A stretch of 64,000 nucleotides of DNA, taken from positions 47,115-111,114 of the forward strand of contig CALXPT010000001.1 of NCBI GenBank assembly GCA_944390355.1, in the 5' to 3' direction. The position numbers and the translations under genes were made by a program. The notes beneath the pieces are model-generated. The model ran no database searches. It was not told the DNA's origin and was given only the letters and a program-made list of their open reading frames with translations. The stretch comes from an uncultured Alphaproteobacteria bacterium. Lineage in GTDB: Bacteria; Pseudomonadota; Alphaproteobacteria; RF32; CAG-239. Positions 27,365 through 36,672 of the stretch are shown here, piece after piece. Numbering within the stretch: position 1 is the stretch's first letter; each line of letters begins with the position of its first letter.

Positions 27365-27606
27365 TGTCGAATTGGATAAAACGGATTCACCCCATTCTCA
27401 AAGAAGCGGACCCATAGACCTCATATCTCTAAAGCTCCAAATAAAAAATGGTCTACCGCTTTATAGAGAAAGGCTGCTACGGTTTTAAACTCACCGACAG
27501 CCTTACTCGCAGAGGCCGGCTCCCCCTAAGGCCGGCCTCTTTACTCCCCATTTTAGGGATTAACTTCAGATTGTAAGCACGTTTTTAAACGTGCTTTTTT
27601 CTTTTC
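27365..27606 (+). ncRNA. Candidate ~240-nt small RNA between the ferritin-like gene and fba
   Basis: Consensus promoter, internal hairpins (ggctg..cagcc at 27470..27500; gaggccggc-tccccctaa-gccggcctc at 27513..27539) and an intrinsic terminator (agcacgttt-ttaa-aacgtgct plus T7) at 27576..27606; only a 17-codon ORF. Confidence 0.4.
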
Positions 27607-27618
27607 TCAAATCCTTTA

Positions 27619-27655
27619 CAAAAAAAAGAGACTGCTCTATCGCAATCTCTTTTCT
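27619..27655 (-). terminator. Rho-independent terminator of fba (hairpin usable in both directions)
   Basis: agagactgc-tctatc-gcaatctct flanked by A8 and T-runs, directly downstream of the fba stop. Confidence 0.6.
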
Positions 27656-27678
27656 GTTCTTAACCTACTCGCTCAAAC

Positions 27679-28728
27679 CTAAATTTCTCCGGCGGCGTAG
27701 CGTTTGGCCATTTCGGACATCGGAATGGCTCTAATCTTGTCAGCATGGCCGGCCGCGCCAAATGCAACATAGCGGGCTTCGCACACTTTTTGCATTTCTT
27801 CAATCGCTGGTTTGAGGTATTTGCGCGGGTCAAATTCTTTCGGATTTTCTTGGAATATCTTGCGAATCGCTCCCGTGATTGCCATACGGCAGTCCGTATC
27901 GACATTAACCTTACGAACACCGGATTTGATGCCCCTTACTATCTCTTCAACCGGAACACCGTAGGTCTGCGGAATTGCACCGCCGTATGCATTAATCAAA
28001 TCCTGCAATTCTTGCGGAACGGATGATGAACCATGCATAACCATATGTGTATTCGGCAGCTTTTTGTGAATCTTTTCAATCACGTCTATCGCCAAAATCT
28101 CGCCATCCGGCTTGCGCGTAAACTTATATGCTCCGTGTGATGTGCCGACGGCAACCGCCAATGCATCCAAATGGGTTTCCGCAACAAACTTAGCAGCTTC
28201 ATCCGGATCGGTTACCAAGCGTTTTTTATCAATCACTCCTTCTGCGCCGTGGCCGTCTTCTTTATCGCCCTTACCTGTTTCCAGAGAACCGATTACCCCC
28301 AACTCACCTTCAACCGACGCACCGACAGCGTGCGCTCTGGCGACAACCTCTTTGGTTACCTTCACGTTATATTCAAATGATGACGGGGTTTTGCCGTCTG
28401 CTTCCAATGAACCATCCATCATCACCGAAGAATAACCGTTAACAATCGCTGACTGACAGATATCTACCGATGAACCATGGTCTTGGTGAATACAAATCGG
28501 CAATTCCGGAAACATTTCTATTCCGGCCTGCACCATGTGGCGAATCATCGGGTCGCCGGCAAACTTTCTCGCTCCGGTCGAGGTTTGCAATATAACCGGC
28601 GCATTAACTTTTCTTGCGGCTTGCAACACCGCTATTACCTGTTCCATATCATTGATATTAAACGCCGGTACGCCGTAATTATTTTCTGCCGCGTGATCCA
28701 GAATCTGACGCATTGTTACTAAAGGCAT
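27679..28728 (-). CDS. fba: Fructose-bisphosphate aldolase, class II (CbbA/FbaA subtype)
   Basis: MPLVTMRQILDHAAENNYGVPAFNINDMEQ..., His-rich Zn site HQDHG, 349 aa. Confidence 0.85.
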   Translation of the reverse strand: MPLVTMRQILDHAAENNYGVPAFNINDMEQVIAVLQAARKVNAPVILQTSTGARKFAGDPMIRHMVQAGIEMFPELPICIHQDHGSSVDICQSAIVNGYSSVMMDGSLEADGKTPSSFEYNVKVTKEVVARAHAVGASVEGELGVIGSLETGKGDKEDGHGAEGVIDKKRLVTDPDEAAKFVAETHLDALAVAVGTSHGAYKFTRKPDGEILAIDVIEKIHKKLPNTHMVMHGSSSVPQELQDLINAYGGAIPQTYGVPVEEIVRGIKSGVRKVNVDTDCRMAITGAIRKIFQENPKEFDPRKYLKPAIEEMQKVCEARYVAFGAAGHADKIRAIPMSEMAKRYAAGEI

Positions 28729-28878
28729 TGTTTAACTCCTTTTCTAATTTGTTTATCTCTGTTGCGAATATATTATTTTCACCACGTTTTGCAAGTTTTT
28801 TTTATTTTTATGCATTTTTCATGCACAAAAGACTTGACTTTTTGACAAAATTAAATATTCTGTCAACGAAATTAATTT

Positions 28879-29274
28879 TTGTGTTTTATGGATATGTCTT
28901 TGTATTTCGTTTTGGCCGTTAGTCTTGCTATCGGCTTGGCTTATGTGTCGTTTATTTTTTACCGCGTCAGTCAAATTGCTCTCAGGAGTGTGTGGGCAAC
29001 CATTTTGGCCGGTGTTATCATTGTGTGGTACGGATGCGCTTATCCCAGTTATGCTTTCTATGCCTTTGGGTTTTATGCGGCTTATGTCTCAATCTCTTCT
29101 CTCCGGCAAATTCGGAAGCTGAAGTCTGATGAGAAGTTAATTAACCCGCAAACGCAAGCCAAACGTTTGGATTTATGCATCGCCAAGCAGAAAATGCTCC
29201 AGTATTGGTTTTTCTACATTTTTCTCGGCTGTGCTTTCTTCACTTGGTGGGCTTTACTCTTGTTTGTCCATTGA
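28879..29274 (+). CDS. Small membrane protein, 131 aa
   Basis: 2 TM, K/R-rich linker, 1 TM; followed by its own terminator hairpin at 29288..29327. Confidence 0.5.
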   Translation: MCFMDMSLYFVLAVSLAIGLAYVSFIFYRVSQIALRSVWATILAGVIIVWYGCAYPSYAFYAFGFYAAYVSISSLRQIRKLKSDEKLINPQTQAKRLDLCIAKQKMLQYWFFYIFLGCAFFTWWALLLFVH

Positions 29275-29409
29275 AGTTTGTTTGTTCAAGGGCTGTTTTT
29301 TCTCCCTAAAAACAGCCTTTTGTTTTATCTCCCTCGTGCTTTTTATCTTGATTTTTAGTCAAAAATTAAATATCCTCTCCTCAATGTTTAATTATTAATC
29401 TATTATCTT

Positions 29410-29835
29410 ATGGAATATGTCGTTTTTATTATTTTGATTGTAGCTGCGGTTGGTTGCGGCTGGCTTTCTTTTGGGATTTTTTACTCCATTAAGCAATTTG
29501 ACTTAAAGGCGCAACGCAATTCTTATGCTTTTAACAGCTTTTTGCCGGCTTGCGGTGCCGGTTGTTTTATTGCAGCTACCGCCCCTCTCTATCCTGACTG
29601 GGTTTATATCGGATTTGAGGTTTATTTGGCTATGGTCGGGCTTCCCGCTCTTTGGAAAATTCAAGTGCTTTCCGAACGTGCTAAAGAAAAGCAAAAGGAA
29701 ATTGAGGCCGGACTGCAAATATACCGCTCCAATCGGTTTGCTAAAAAAGAAAAAATCATCAGCTACTGGTTTTGGAGAGTCTTTGCGGTATGCTCCGTTT
29801 TTACTTATTTGGGAATTCGCTTGTTGCTTAAGTGA
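29410..29835 (+). CDS. Small membrane protein, 141 aa (same architecture as the preceding gene)
   Basis: Same TM-linker-TM layout; followed by a terminator at 29844..29875. Confidence 0.5.
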   Translation: MEYVVFIILIVAAVGCGWLSFGIFYSIKQFDLKAQRNSYAFNSFLPACGAGCFIAATAPLYPDWVYIGFEVYLAMVGLPALWKIQVLSERAKEKQKEIEAGLQIYRSNRFAKKEKIISYWFWRVFAVCSVFTYLGIRLLLK

Positions 29836-29876
29836 AAATTGTTAAGGTTGTTTCTCGTTAAACAACCTTTTTTTAT

Positions 29877-31211
29877 GTGTTTTTTAAGAATCTCTATCGT
29901 ATAATCTTTTCCATGATGAACAATTTGCTTAATTTTATCCGGCCCGTGGGGGCGATTGTGTCTCCTTTGTCAGCTTTCTTTTGCGGAACGCTGCTTACTT
30001 GTGTGGCCTTTGCTTTGCTGACATCCGAGCTCTCTTTGCTTATGAACAAGTTCGGCATATCTACCTCGGTTGTCGGTATTATTCTCTCTTTATACTATGT
30101 CGGATATATCTTTGCCTCTCTGACTTCGTTCAAAATCATAAACAAAGTCGGACATATTCGCGCTTTCTCCACCTATATATCCCTTTTCTCTGCTCTGGTC
30201 TTGCTCCATATCTTTTCTCATGATGCTTATTTTTGGGGAATCTTACGTTTGGTTGAAGGGTACTGTCTTGGCTCGGCTCTTTTGTGCTTGGAAAGCTGGC
30301 TCAATACTCGTGCCAATAACCAAAACCGTGGCCTTATCATGGCTCTTTATATGGTTACGACCTATCTCGGCTCCGGTTTGGGGCAACTCTTGCTCAATAT
30401 TCCAAGTTCCAACGGTATGGGGATTTTTGTTTTGGTTTCCATTATATTTTCCGTGGCTCTTATCCCGATTTCTCTTACGGCTCTTCCGACACCTCAAATC
30501 AACGTGGCCAAAAGCCTCAACCTCCGTGAACTTTATAAAATTTCTCCGGTCGGTGTCATCGGCTGTTTTGCCAGCGGTATTTTGGTCGGCGGATTTTATA
30601 CTCTTGGGCCTCTTTATGCAAAACTCGCCGGTTTGTCTCTTTCTCAAACCTCATTATTTATGTTTTGCGGTATCTTGGGCGGTATGTGCGCACAAATTCC
30701 TATCGGCAAAATTTCTGACCTTATGGATCGGCGTTTTGTCTTAATGTGGGCGGGCGGAGCTATGTTTTTAGTTGCTCCTTGGGTGCATTTTTTCCTTGAT
30801 TACGGAAATATTGTTCTTTGCTCTTCAGCCTTTGCTCTTGGTGCATGCACTTTTATTATGTATCCCATCAGTGTGTCTCACGTTAATGATTTGATTGATG
30901 ACAGCAAGCGTGTCTCTGCTAGCGGAATGCTCATTATGCTCCAGAGTGCAGGTATGGTTTTGGGGCCTATCATTATATCTTTTATGATGCAACATTTGGG
31001 GGCTATTTGGTTTTTGGTTTGTTTTTCCGTTGCTTCCGGTGCTTTTGTTCTATACGCATTCAAGCACATTGCCTTCCGTAACATTAAATATGTTGAGGTT
31101 ACGCCTACTTCTCCGCAACCGACATCTCCTACGCCCATTTATCAAAAAATTACACAAGATGATTCTCTTTTGGATAAAGCTAAAGGGTTGATTACTTCCA
31201 AAAAGCATTAA
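29877..31211 (+). CDS. MFS transporter
   Basis: 12 predicted TM segments with the MFS loop motif; the real start is probably the internal Met (MMNNLL). Confidence 0.7.
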   Translation: MFFKNLYRIIFSMMNNLLNFIRPVGAIVSPLSAFFCGTLLTCVAFALLTSELSLLMNKFGISTSVVGIILSLYYVGYIFASLTSFKIINKVGHIRAFSTYISLFSALVLLHIFSHDAYFWGILRLVEGYCLGSALLCLESWLNTRANNQNRGLIMALYMVTTYLGSGLGQLLLNIPSSNGMGIFVLVSIIFSVALIPISLTALPTPQINVAKSLNLRELYKISPVGVIGCFASGILVGGFYTLGPLYAKLAGLSLSQTSLFMFCGILGGMCAQIPIGKISDLMDRRFVLMWAGGAMFLVAPWVHFFLDYGNIVLCSSAFALGACTFIMYPISVSHVNDLIDDSKRVSASGMLIMLQSAGMVLGPIIISFMMQHLGAIWFLVCFSVASGAFVLYAFKHIAFRNIKYVEVTPTSPQPTSPTPIYQKITQDDSLLDKAKGLITSKKH

Positions 31212-31250
31212 AAAAAAGCCGTCTCCTTATCAGCGGAGGCAGCTTTGTTT

Positions 31251-31730
31251 TTAAAAATATTCTTTATACTCTTCTATAATCGGAGAAAAGCTTTCCCAAA
31301 AAGAACTCAGGCCTGCACTATCCTTTTTTCTTGCTTGGATACAATCGACGGCCATGCACCATAGCTTTAACAAGCTACGATATGTTCTTTCTATCTCATA
31401 CATTGCGCGTGATAAAAATATCGATGGTTCTCTCTTCAGCAAATGCATCAGATAAAACGTATCTTCACGATACTTTATAAACGCAAAGCGATAAAAATGA
31501 CTCAGATGGTCGGCTTGCAACTTGTCTCCATCCAAATAATTATCCGTCAGCAAATACCATTCAGATGCCGAAAAGCCAAAATCCATACTTATATGCTCGG
31601 CACATCCTCGCAGATATTTATCCAGCCTTTTATGGAAAAACTCCATATCCTCCGGTATTGCATTTTTACCTTCTTTGTTAAACATCTCAAAGATTTGGTC
31701 TTTGAACTCATAATCAATAACTTCATTCAT
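31251..31730 (-). CDS. Hypothetical protein, 159 aa
   Basis: ORF only. Confidence 0.4.
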   Translation of the reverse strand: MNEVIDYEFKDQIFEMFNKEGKNAIPEDMEFFHKRLDKYLRGCAEHISMDFGFSASEWYLLTDNYLDGDKLQADHLSHFYRFAFIKYREDTFYLMHLLKREPSIFLSRAMYEIERTYRSLLKLWCMAVDCIQARKKDSAGLSSFWESFSPIIEEYKEYF

Positions 31731-31885
31731 AATTATTTATTTTTTATATGTTTCTGTTTATGGTTATAAAACATTTTTGTTATCAAATCAATAGTTTTGT
31801 CTATTTTCTTTTAGTTTTATTTTCTTTATTAATCATAAGTCAACTTTTGTTCTTTATAATCTCTTTGTTATTTGGTGAGGATGAT

Positions 31886-32419
31886 ATGAAAAAAATTTTT
31901 TTATTAATTGCTTTTTTTCTATTTGCCTATCAGGCTCATGCACAATACATGAGCGGCTCTAATGTGTCTTATCAACGGGCGCAAAGCTCAACACCTTCCG
32001 AATCGGCTCTCGTTCCCAGCAAAGACGAACAAGATCTTGCGATTGTTGCACATGACCGCGCCAACCAAATTGTTGAAAATTGCTTGCGCAAGTTGCAAAA
32101 TTATACCAAAAATCCTCCGGTTGCTAAAGAAATTATTCAACTTGATAAAGAGGCTAATGCTTGTATTGAAAAGGCTTTAACCGACGAACTCAAAAAAGGT
32201 GTTGCTTCTCAATGGCTTCCGAGAACGGCTGAGGAACTCGAAAAAGCCAAAACATCTTTATTTAATTTATATTACATCATTTATAACTATGGACCCAAAT
32301 GCAACGGAAAATGTATCGACATGGCGCAGATTTCGGCTTACGGAGAGCAAGGTGTTGTTCTCAGTGATTTGCTTTCGGCTGCGATTTTTATGAATTTGTC
32401 GGCTGCTCAAAAAAAATAA
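31886..32419 (+). CDS. Secreted hypothetical protein, 177 aa
   Basis: Signal peptide MKKIFLLIAFFLFAYQAHA with GGTGAGGA Shine-Dalgarno. Confidence 0.55.
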   Translation: MKKIFLLIAFFLFAYQAHAQYMSGSNVSYQRAQSSTPSESALVPSKDEQDLAIVAHDRANQIVENCLRKLQNYTKNPPVAKEIIQLDKEANACIEKALTDELKKGVASQWLPRTAEELEKAKTSLFNLYYIIYNYGPKCNGKCIDMAQISAYGEQGVVLSDLLSAAIFMNLSAAQKK

Positions 32420-32553
32420 TCTTTGTTTTAATCTTTAGTTTACTTTTCCGATTCTCCCTTTGTTTTTTCTTATATAAAGACAAAATTTGACAAAGACTCT
32501 TTAAGGTGCTATAATTGTTTATCGTCAGTTTTTTACTTAGGGGAGATTGTATC

Positions 32554-33087
32554 ATGAAAAATTCTGAAAATGAAAATAAATCTGTTTTTCAACTCAATGA
32601 GTCTCAATTAAAAACAATTCTTTCTCGGCATATGTATTTTACGGCTCATAATTCTGACAGCGAATTTGAAAAACTGCCGGCTCATCTTCGCCGCGCAATT
32701 AACCGTGAGGCGGAATTTCATGTTAAAACCATGTCTCAAGTCGAAGGATTGTCCGAGATTTTGAATGATTCCAACCTTGAAAAAGCACAGGAAATGCACA
32801 ATGCTCTGTGCGAATACTTTGCTCACAAAGGAAATGAGGATGAAAAACACCATCCTAACCGTGATACAAATACTTTTGCGCAACTTCTCCGCCGCGACAG
32901 CGATGCTATTTATCTTAATCCTTATGAAGAGCAGAGACGCGAAACTTCTGATGACAAATCAAAACGCTTGGCTAAGAAAATTAACGAAAAGATTTCCGAA
33001 CGTAAGGAAAAAGGTTCTTTAACTTCAGCAAAAGAAACTTTTGACATCATTATGAACCATCTGCGGACAAACTCCGGCAGAAAATAA
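32554..33087 (+). CDS. Hypothetical charged soluble protein, 177 aa
   Basis: GGGGAG Shine-Dalgarno; terminator downstream. Confidence 0.5.
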   Translation: MKNSENENKSVFQLNESQLKTILSRHMYFTAHNSDSEFEKLPAHLRRAINREAEFHVKTMSQVEGLSEILNDSNLEKAQEMHNALCEYFAHKGNEDEKHHPNRDTNTFAQLLRRDSDAIYLNPYEEQRRETSDDKSKRLAKKINEKISERKEKGSLTSAKETFDIIMNHLRTNSGRK

Positions 33088-33105
33088 ACAAACCGCTTTT
33101 AACTT

Positions 33106-33132
33106 AAGGCTCGCTTTTGCGAGCCTTTTTTT
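33106..33132 (+). terminator. Rho-independent terminator
   Basis: aaggctcgc-ttttgc-gagcctt followed by T7. Confidence 0.65.
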
Positions 33133-33138
33133 GTTTAT

Positions 33139-33702
33139 CTAAAGCATTAACAACAAGGCTATCAACATACTGCCGTAAATGACAATTCCAGATAGGTACA
33201 TGCCTGCTATTTTTATATCTGCTCTTGAGGGAATTGCATTTTCAATTATTATGGTCTGCAACAATATATACGCAAGATAACCACAAAAACTATACGGAAC
33301 AAACGGCAACATATAGCGGTTTATACAAAAAGCTATCGGCAAAAGCAATAATGGCGCCATGCCTGCCGGAACGGCATTATAAAACGTGATATTTTTGAAA
33401 CTCACGCTCCCCAAAACATAGCCGCCGTTTAACAAATCTTTCTTGGGAAGAATGTTTAAATTTATCGGACGCGCATTCAGAAACAGACCAACCAGAAAAT
33501 GCATCAGCTCATGGAGAATCGTCCCCGGAATGTTACACAACGCACACAGCCACATCGAACGATAAACTGCGTATTTGCAACGCATTAACACAACAACCGC
33601 CAAAATTGTATAAAAACGATTGTTAAACAGCGTGGTTACAACTTCCTCTCGGTTAACAAAGTTAACCAAATTGTTGCAGGCTTGGTATAGTGTTTCTATC
33701 AT
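33139..33702 (-). CDS. Membrane protein with an HExxH motif (putative intramembrane metallopeptidase-like)
   Basis: Multi-TM; ILHELMHFLVGL lies within a hydrophobic segment. Confidence 0.35.
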   Translation of the reverse strand: MIETLYQACNNLVNFVNREEVVTTLFNNRFYTILAVVVLMRCKYAVYRSMWLCALCNIPGTILHELMHFLVGLFLNARPINLNILPKKDLLNGGYVLGSVSFKNITFYNAVPAGMAPLLLLPIAFCINRYMLPFVPYSFCGYLAYILLQTIIIENAIPSRADIKIAGMYLSGIVIYGSMLIALLLML

Positions 33703-33704
33703 CC

Positions 33705-34310
33705 CTAACCTTTTTTCAAAACGGCAAGTCCGGCAAGATAGGTGTTCAACATTAATTTACATAAGCTCTTTTTGTTGACCATTTTGAAGTCATCTATTAT
33801 CCTTGTCGTTAGAAATGAACTCAAGGCAAACAAGCTTAGCCACAAAACCTGACGAGCCACTTTGCGTTTGCGCGCGTTCATGTGCGTATAAAGTGCATCA
33901 AAAGAAGGCTGCCAGAGTTTCATCATTTTTATTATCATCGCTTTATAGGACAGAGGAAGTTTTTGCGTGTTGAGGTGGTAGTTATAAAGCATTAGCCACA
34001 AATTCGGATTACTTAAAACGTAGCCGACAAAAACATCTATATATGCATTTAAATTCTTATATGCCGAGCGTTCCGTTTTTACGCGCAACAACAAATTATA
34101 AAGTGATTTTAATGTCTCTATATTTATTTCGGTGATGAGCTTGTCCATTGCCGAAAACTGGTTATAAATCGTGCCGACCGAGCAACCCGACATCTCCGAG
34201 AGTTTGCGTGCGGTTAAAAATTCTTGCCCTTTTTCTTCTACCATCTTCCGCCCGACTTCTACCAGATAGCGGCGGATATTTTCTTTGTAATCTACCATTT
34301 TGTTTAACAA
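33705..34310 (-). CDS. TetR-family transcriptional regulator
   Basis: N-terminal HTH (LTARKLSEMSGCSVGTIYNQF); 3 nt upstream of the membrane protein gene. Confidence 0.75.
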   Translation of the reverse strand: MLNKMVDYKENIRRYLVEVGRKMVEEKGQEFLTARKLSEMSGCSVGTIYNQFSAMDKLITEINIETLKSLYNLLLRVKTERSAYKNLNAYIDVFVGYVLSNPNLWLMLYNYHLNTQKLPLSYKAMIIKMMKLWQPSFDALYTHMNARKRKVARQVLWLSLFALSSFLTTRIIDDFKMVNKKSLCKLMLNTYLAGLAVLKKG

Positions 34311-34391
34311 ATTGTTTGTAATTCGACACTATAGTATTTATATATAACAATATTTTGTCGTGTTCAATTTTTTTATTCGGGAGTTGAATAA

Positions 34392-35231
34392 ATGTTTGGA
34401 AAAAAATTTGTGCTTGCATCTTCCTTTTACCTTTTTTCTTTAACCTGCGTCTCGGCTCAGAATAACTCGGAAGAATTCTACCAAAATCTGCTGGTTTCTT
34501 CCGAACTGGAACAGCAAAGTGCAGAATCCGAGGCTAAAAATTCCGCATCCAAACTTCTTAATCGGCAGATTGAGGTTATCTCCCCAAATGTCTCGAACGA
34601 TGATGAAAACAGTATTCAAACCAGAAATCAGTTTTTTCAACAAATCAGCCAACAATACGGAAGTGCTCCTTTTGGTTTGATTTGGGGAGAATCGAGAAAA
34701 GATGCCGAGAAAATGGGCGTTCGTCTCATTCATGTCGAGGTTAAAGATTATCCCCAAGCCTATGAAGCGCAGAACCCTCCCATGCCCCTTAAGGATTTTC
34801 CAAAACTCACTTTGTTTTTCGGCGATAGTGACAAGTTGTTTCGAATCTTAGCCCAAAGTTCTTTTATTCAAGGTGATTTGCCAAAGGGCGAAAAAACCAT
34901 GCGACTCTATGATAAGTATTACAAATTGTTGGCTCAGAAATATAAAAACGCACAGCAATTTTATACGCCTGCCGTTCAAAATGTTGATGAATCTCTGCCT
35001 AATGACACACAATCATTAAACGCTGCTTCTCAAAATCCCAATGACAACCCGAATCTGTTGGCTGAGCTACAAAGCGGCAGTGCCGATTTGTATGCCACTT
35101 TTGACGGCGATAATGTCGGGGCGGCTCTTTCGGTTTCGGTCGACGGCGACGGACAATCTTATATTACGATTGATTACAGAAATTTAAAGATTCTTAAGGA
35201 AAATGAGTTAAATGTTTTAGAAGCGTTATAA
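34392..35231 (+). CDS. Secreted hypothetical protein, 279 aa
   Basis: Signal peptide MFGKKFVLASSFYLFSLTCVSAQ. Confidence 0.5.
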   Translation: MFGKKFVLASSFYLFSLTCVSAQNNSEEFYQNLLVSSELEQQSAESEAKNSASKLLNRQIEVISPNVSNDDENSIQTRNQFFQQISQQYGSAPFGLIWGESRKDAEKMGVRLIHVEVKDYPQAYEAQNPPMPLKDFPKLTLFFGDSDKLFRILAQSSFIQGDLPKGEKTMRLYDKYYKLLAQKYKNAQQFYTPAVQNVDESLPNDTQSLNAASQNPNDNPNLLAELQSGSADLYATFDGDNVGAALSVSVDGDGQSYITIDYRNLKILKENELNVLEAL

Positions 35232-35262
35232 TATTTTATTTTGTTTTTATGAAAAGGACTGT

Positions 35263-36657
35263 TTGATTATGAAAAAAGTTGCGTTTTGCGCCGTGTCCGG
35301 CAACGGAATGAGTCCGCTTGCCCAGATTTTGGTTAAAAGAGGTTATGATGTCAGAGGAAGCGATATCAGTTTTGATGCCGGAAGAGACCATGCGAATCTA
35401 AAAGCTATCAAAACCGCGGGGATTAAGGTTTTTCCGCAAGACGGGTCGATGATTGATGACGACTTGGAGTTCTTATGTGTGTCTTCCGCCATTACGGAGG
35501 ACAACCCCGACATTAAAGCCGCGCAAAGCAAGGGGCTTAAAATTATTAAACGTTCCGAACTCTTGGCGCAGATTTTTCATGAATACAAATACAACATTGC
35601 CGTCGGCGGTACGGCCGGAAAAACCACAACAACCGCTATGATCGGTTATATTCTTGATAAGCTCGGCAAAAAGCCCTGCATGATTGACGGCGGTATGCTC
35701 AAAAATTATGACAATCCTAACTTGTTGCCAAACTATATTTATAATGAAGGCGATATTTGCGTGGCCGAGGCTGATGAAAGCGACGGTTCCATCCGCTCTT
35801 ATCATCCGTATGTGGCGTTGGTAAACAATATTTCTCACGACCATGTGGAAATTCCGACTTTGGTGGAATATTTCAGCGAATTTGCTGCTCACGCCCGCCA
35901 TGCTTTGGTCGTGAATGGCGATTGTCCGCTTGCCTCCAAGCTCTCGCACAAAAACAAATTTGTTTTCTCGGTTCTGGACGCTCAAGCTGACTTATTTGCC
36001 TCAGACATTAAAACCGAAGATTATGGCGTCAGCTATCAAATTGAGGGCAAAAAGTTTAAGTTAAACATTATCGGCAAGTTTAATGTTTCTAACGCATTGG
36101 CCGCTATTGCCTGCTGTATGATGATTGGCGTGGACAAGTTTGAGGCGGCCAAGGCTTTGGAAGGATTTGTCGGTATCAAACGCCGTTTGGAAGTTGTCGG
36201 TACTTCTTTCAACGGAATTACCGTTATTGATGATTTTGCCCACAATGCCAGCAAAATCGAAGCATCTCTCTCCGCTGTCAAAGAACACAAAGGCCGCTTG
36301 ATTGTGATGTATCAATCGCACAAACCTTTTTCCGCGCGCACAACCGGTGAGGAAGACGGCGTGGTCTTTGGTAAAACACTTGATAAAGACGATATTTTGC
36401 TTATGCCCGAGATTTATATGCGCGACCCTGTTCAAGACGCCGACATCTCCGGTGCCGACCTTGTGCGCTATGCGCAAAATAACGGCGTCAACGCTCTGTT
36501 TCTGGAAACAAAAGACAAGGTTAAACAATATATTATCGACCATGCGCAAACGGGCGACAGAATCGTGATTATGGGTGCTCGCGATAACTCTCTTCCCGAT
36601 TTTTGCAAGCAGATTTTGAAAGAGTTGGATGAAAAACCTTTGGCCGCTAATTTTTAA
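35263..36657 (+). CDS. mpl: Mur-ligase family protein, probably UDP-N-acetylmuramate:L-Ala-gamma-D-Glu-meso-DAP ligase (Mpl)
   Basis: Rossmann N-domain, ATP-binding GGTAGKTTTTAMI, Mur ligase C-domain; adjacent to an LD-carboxypeptidase gene (recycling pair). Confidence 0.6.
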   Translation: MIMKKVAFCAVSGNGMSPLAQILVKRGYDVRGSDISFDAGRDHANLKAIKTAGIKVFPQDGSMIDDDLEFLCVSSAITEDNPDIKAAQSKGLKIIKRSELLAQIFHEYKYNIAVGGTAGKTTTTAMIGYILDKLGKKPCMIDGGMLKNYDNPNLLPNYIYNEGDICVAEADESDGSIRSYHPYVALVNNISHDHVEIPTLVEYFSEFAAHARHALVVNGDCPLASKLSHKNKFVFSVLDAQADLFASDIKTEDYGVSYQIEGKKFKLNIIGKFNVSNALAAIACCMMIGVDKFEAAKALEGFVGIKRRLEVVGTSFNGITVIDDFAHNASKIEASLSAVKEHKGRLIVMYQSHKPFSARTTGEEDGVVFGKTLDKDDILLMPEIYMRDPVQDADISGADLVRYAQNNGVNALFLETKDKVKQYIIDHAQTGDRIVIMGARDNSLPDFCKQILKELDEKPLAANF

Positions 36658-36672
36658 GGAATAGGAAAACAA

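Noticed and set aside
27365-27606. Two-piece tmRNA or 6S RNA between the ferritin-like gene and fba
   Set aside because: There is no ANDN-type tag ORF and no recognisable 6S central bubble by eye; it is kept only as a generic sRNA candidate.
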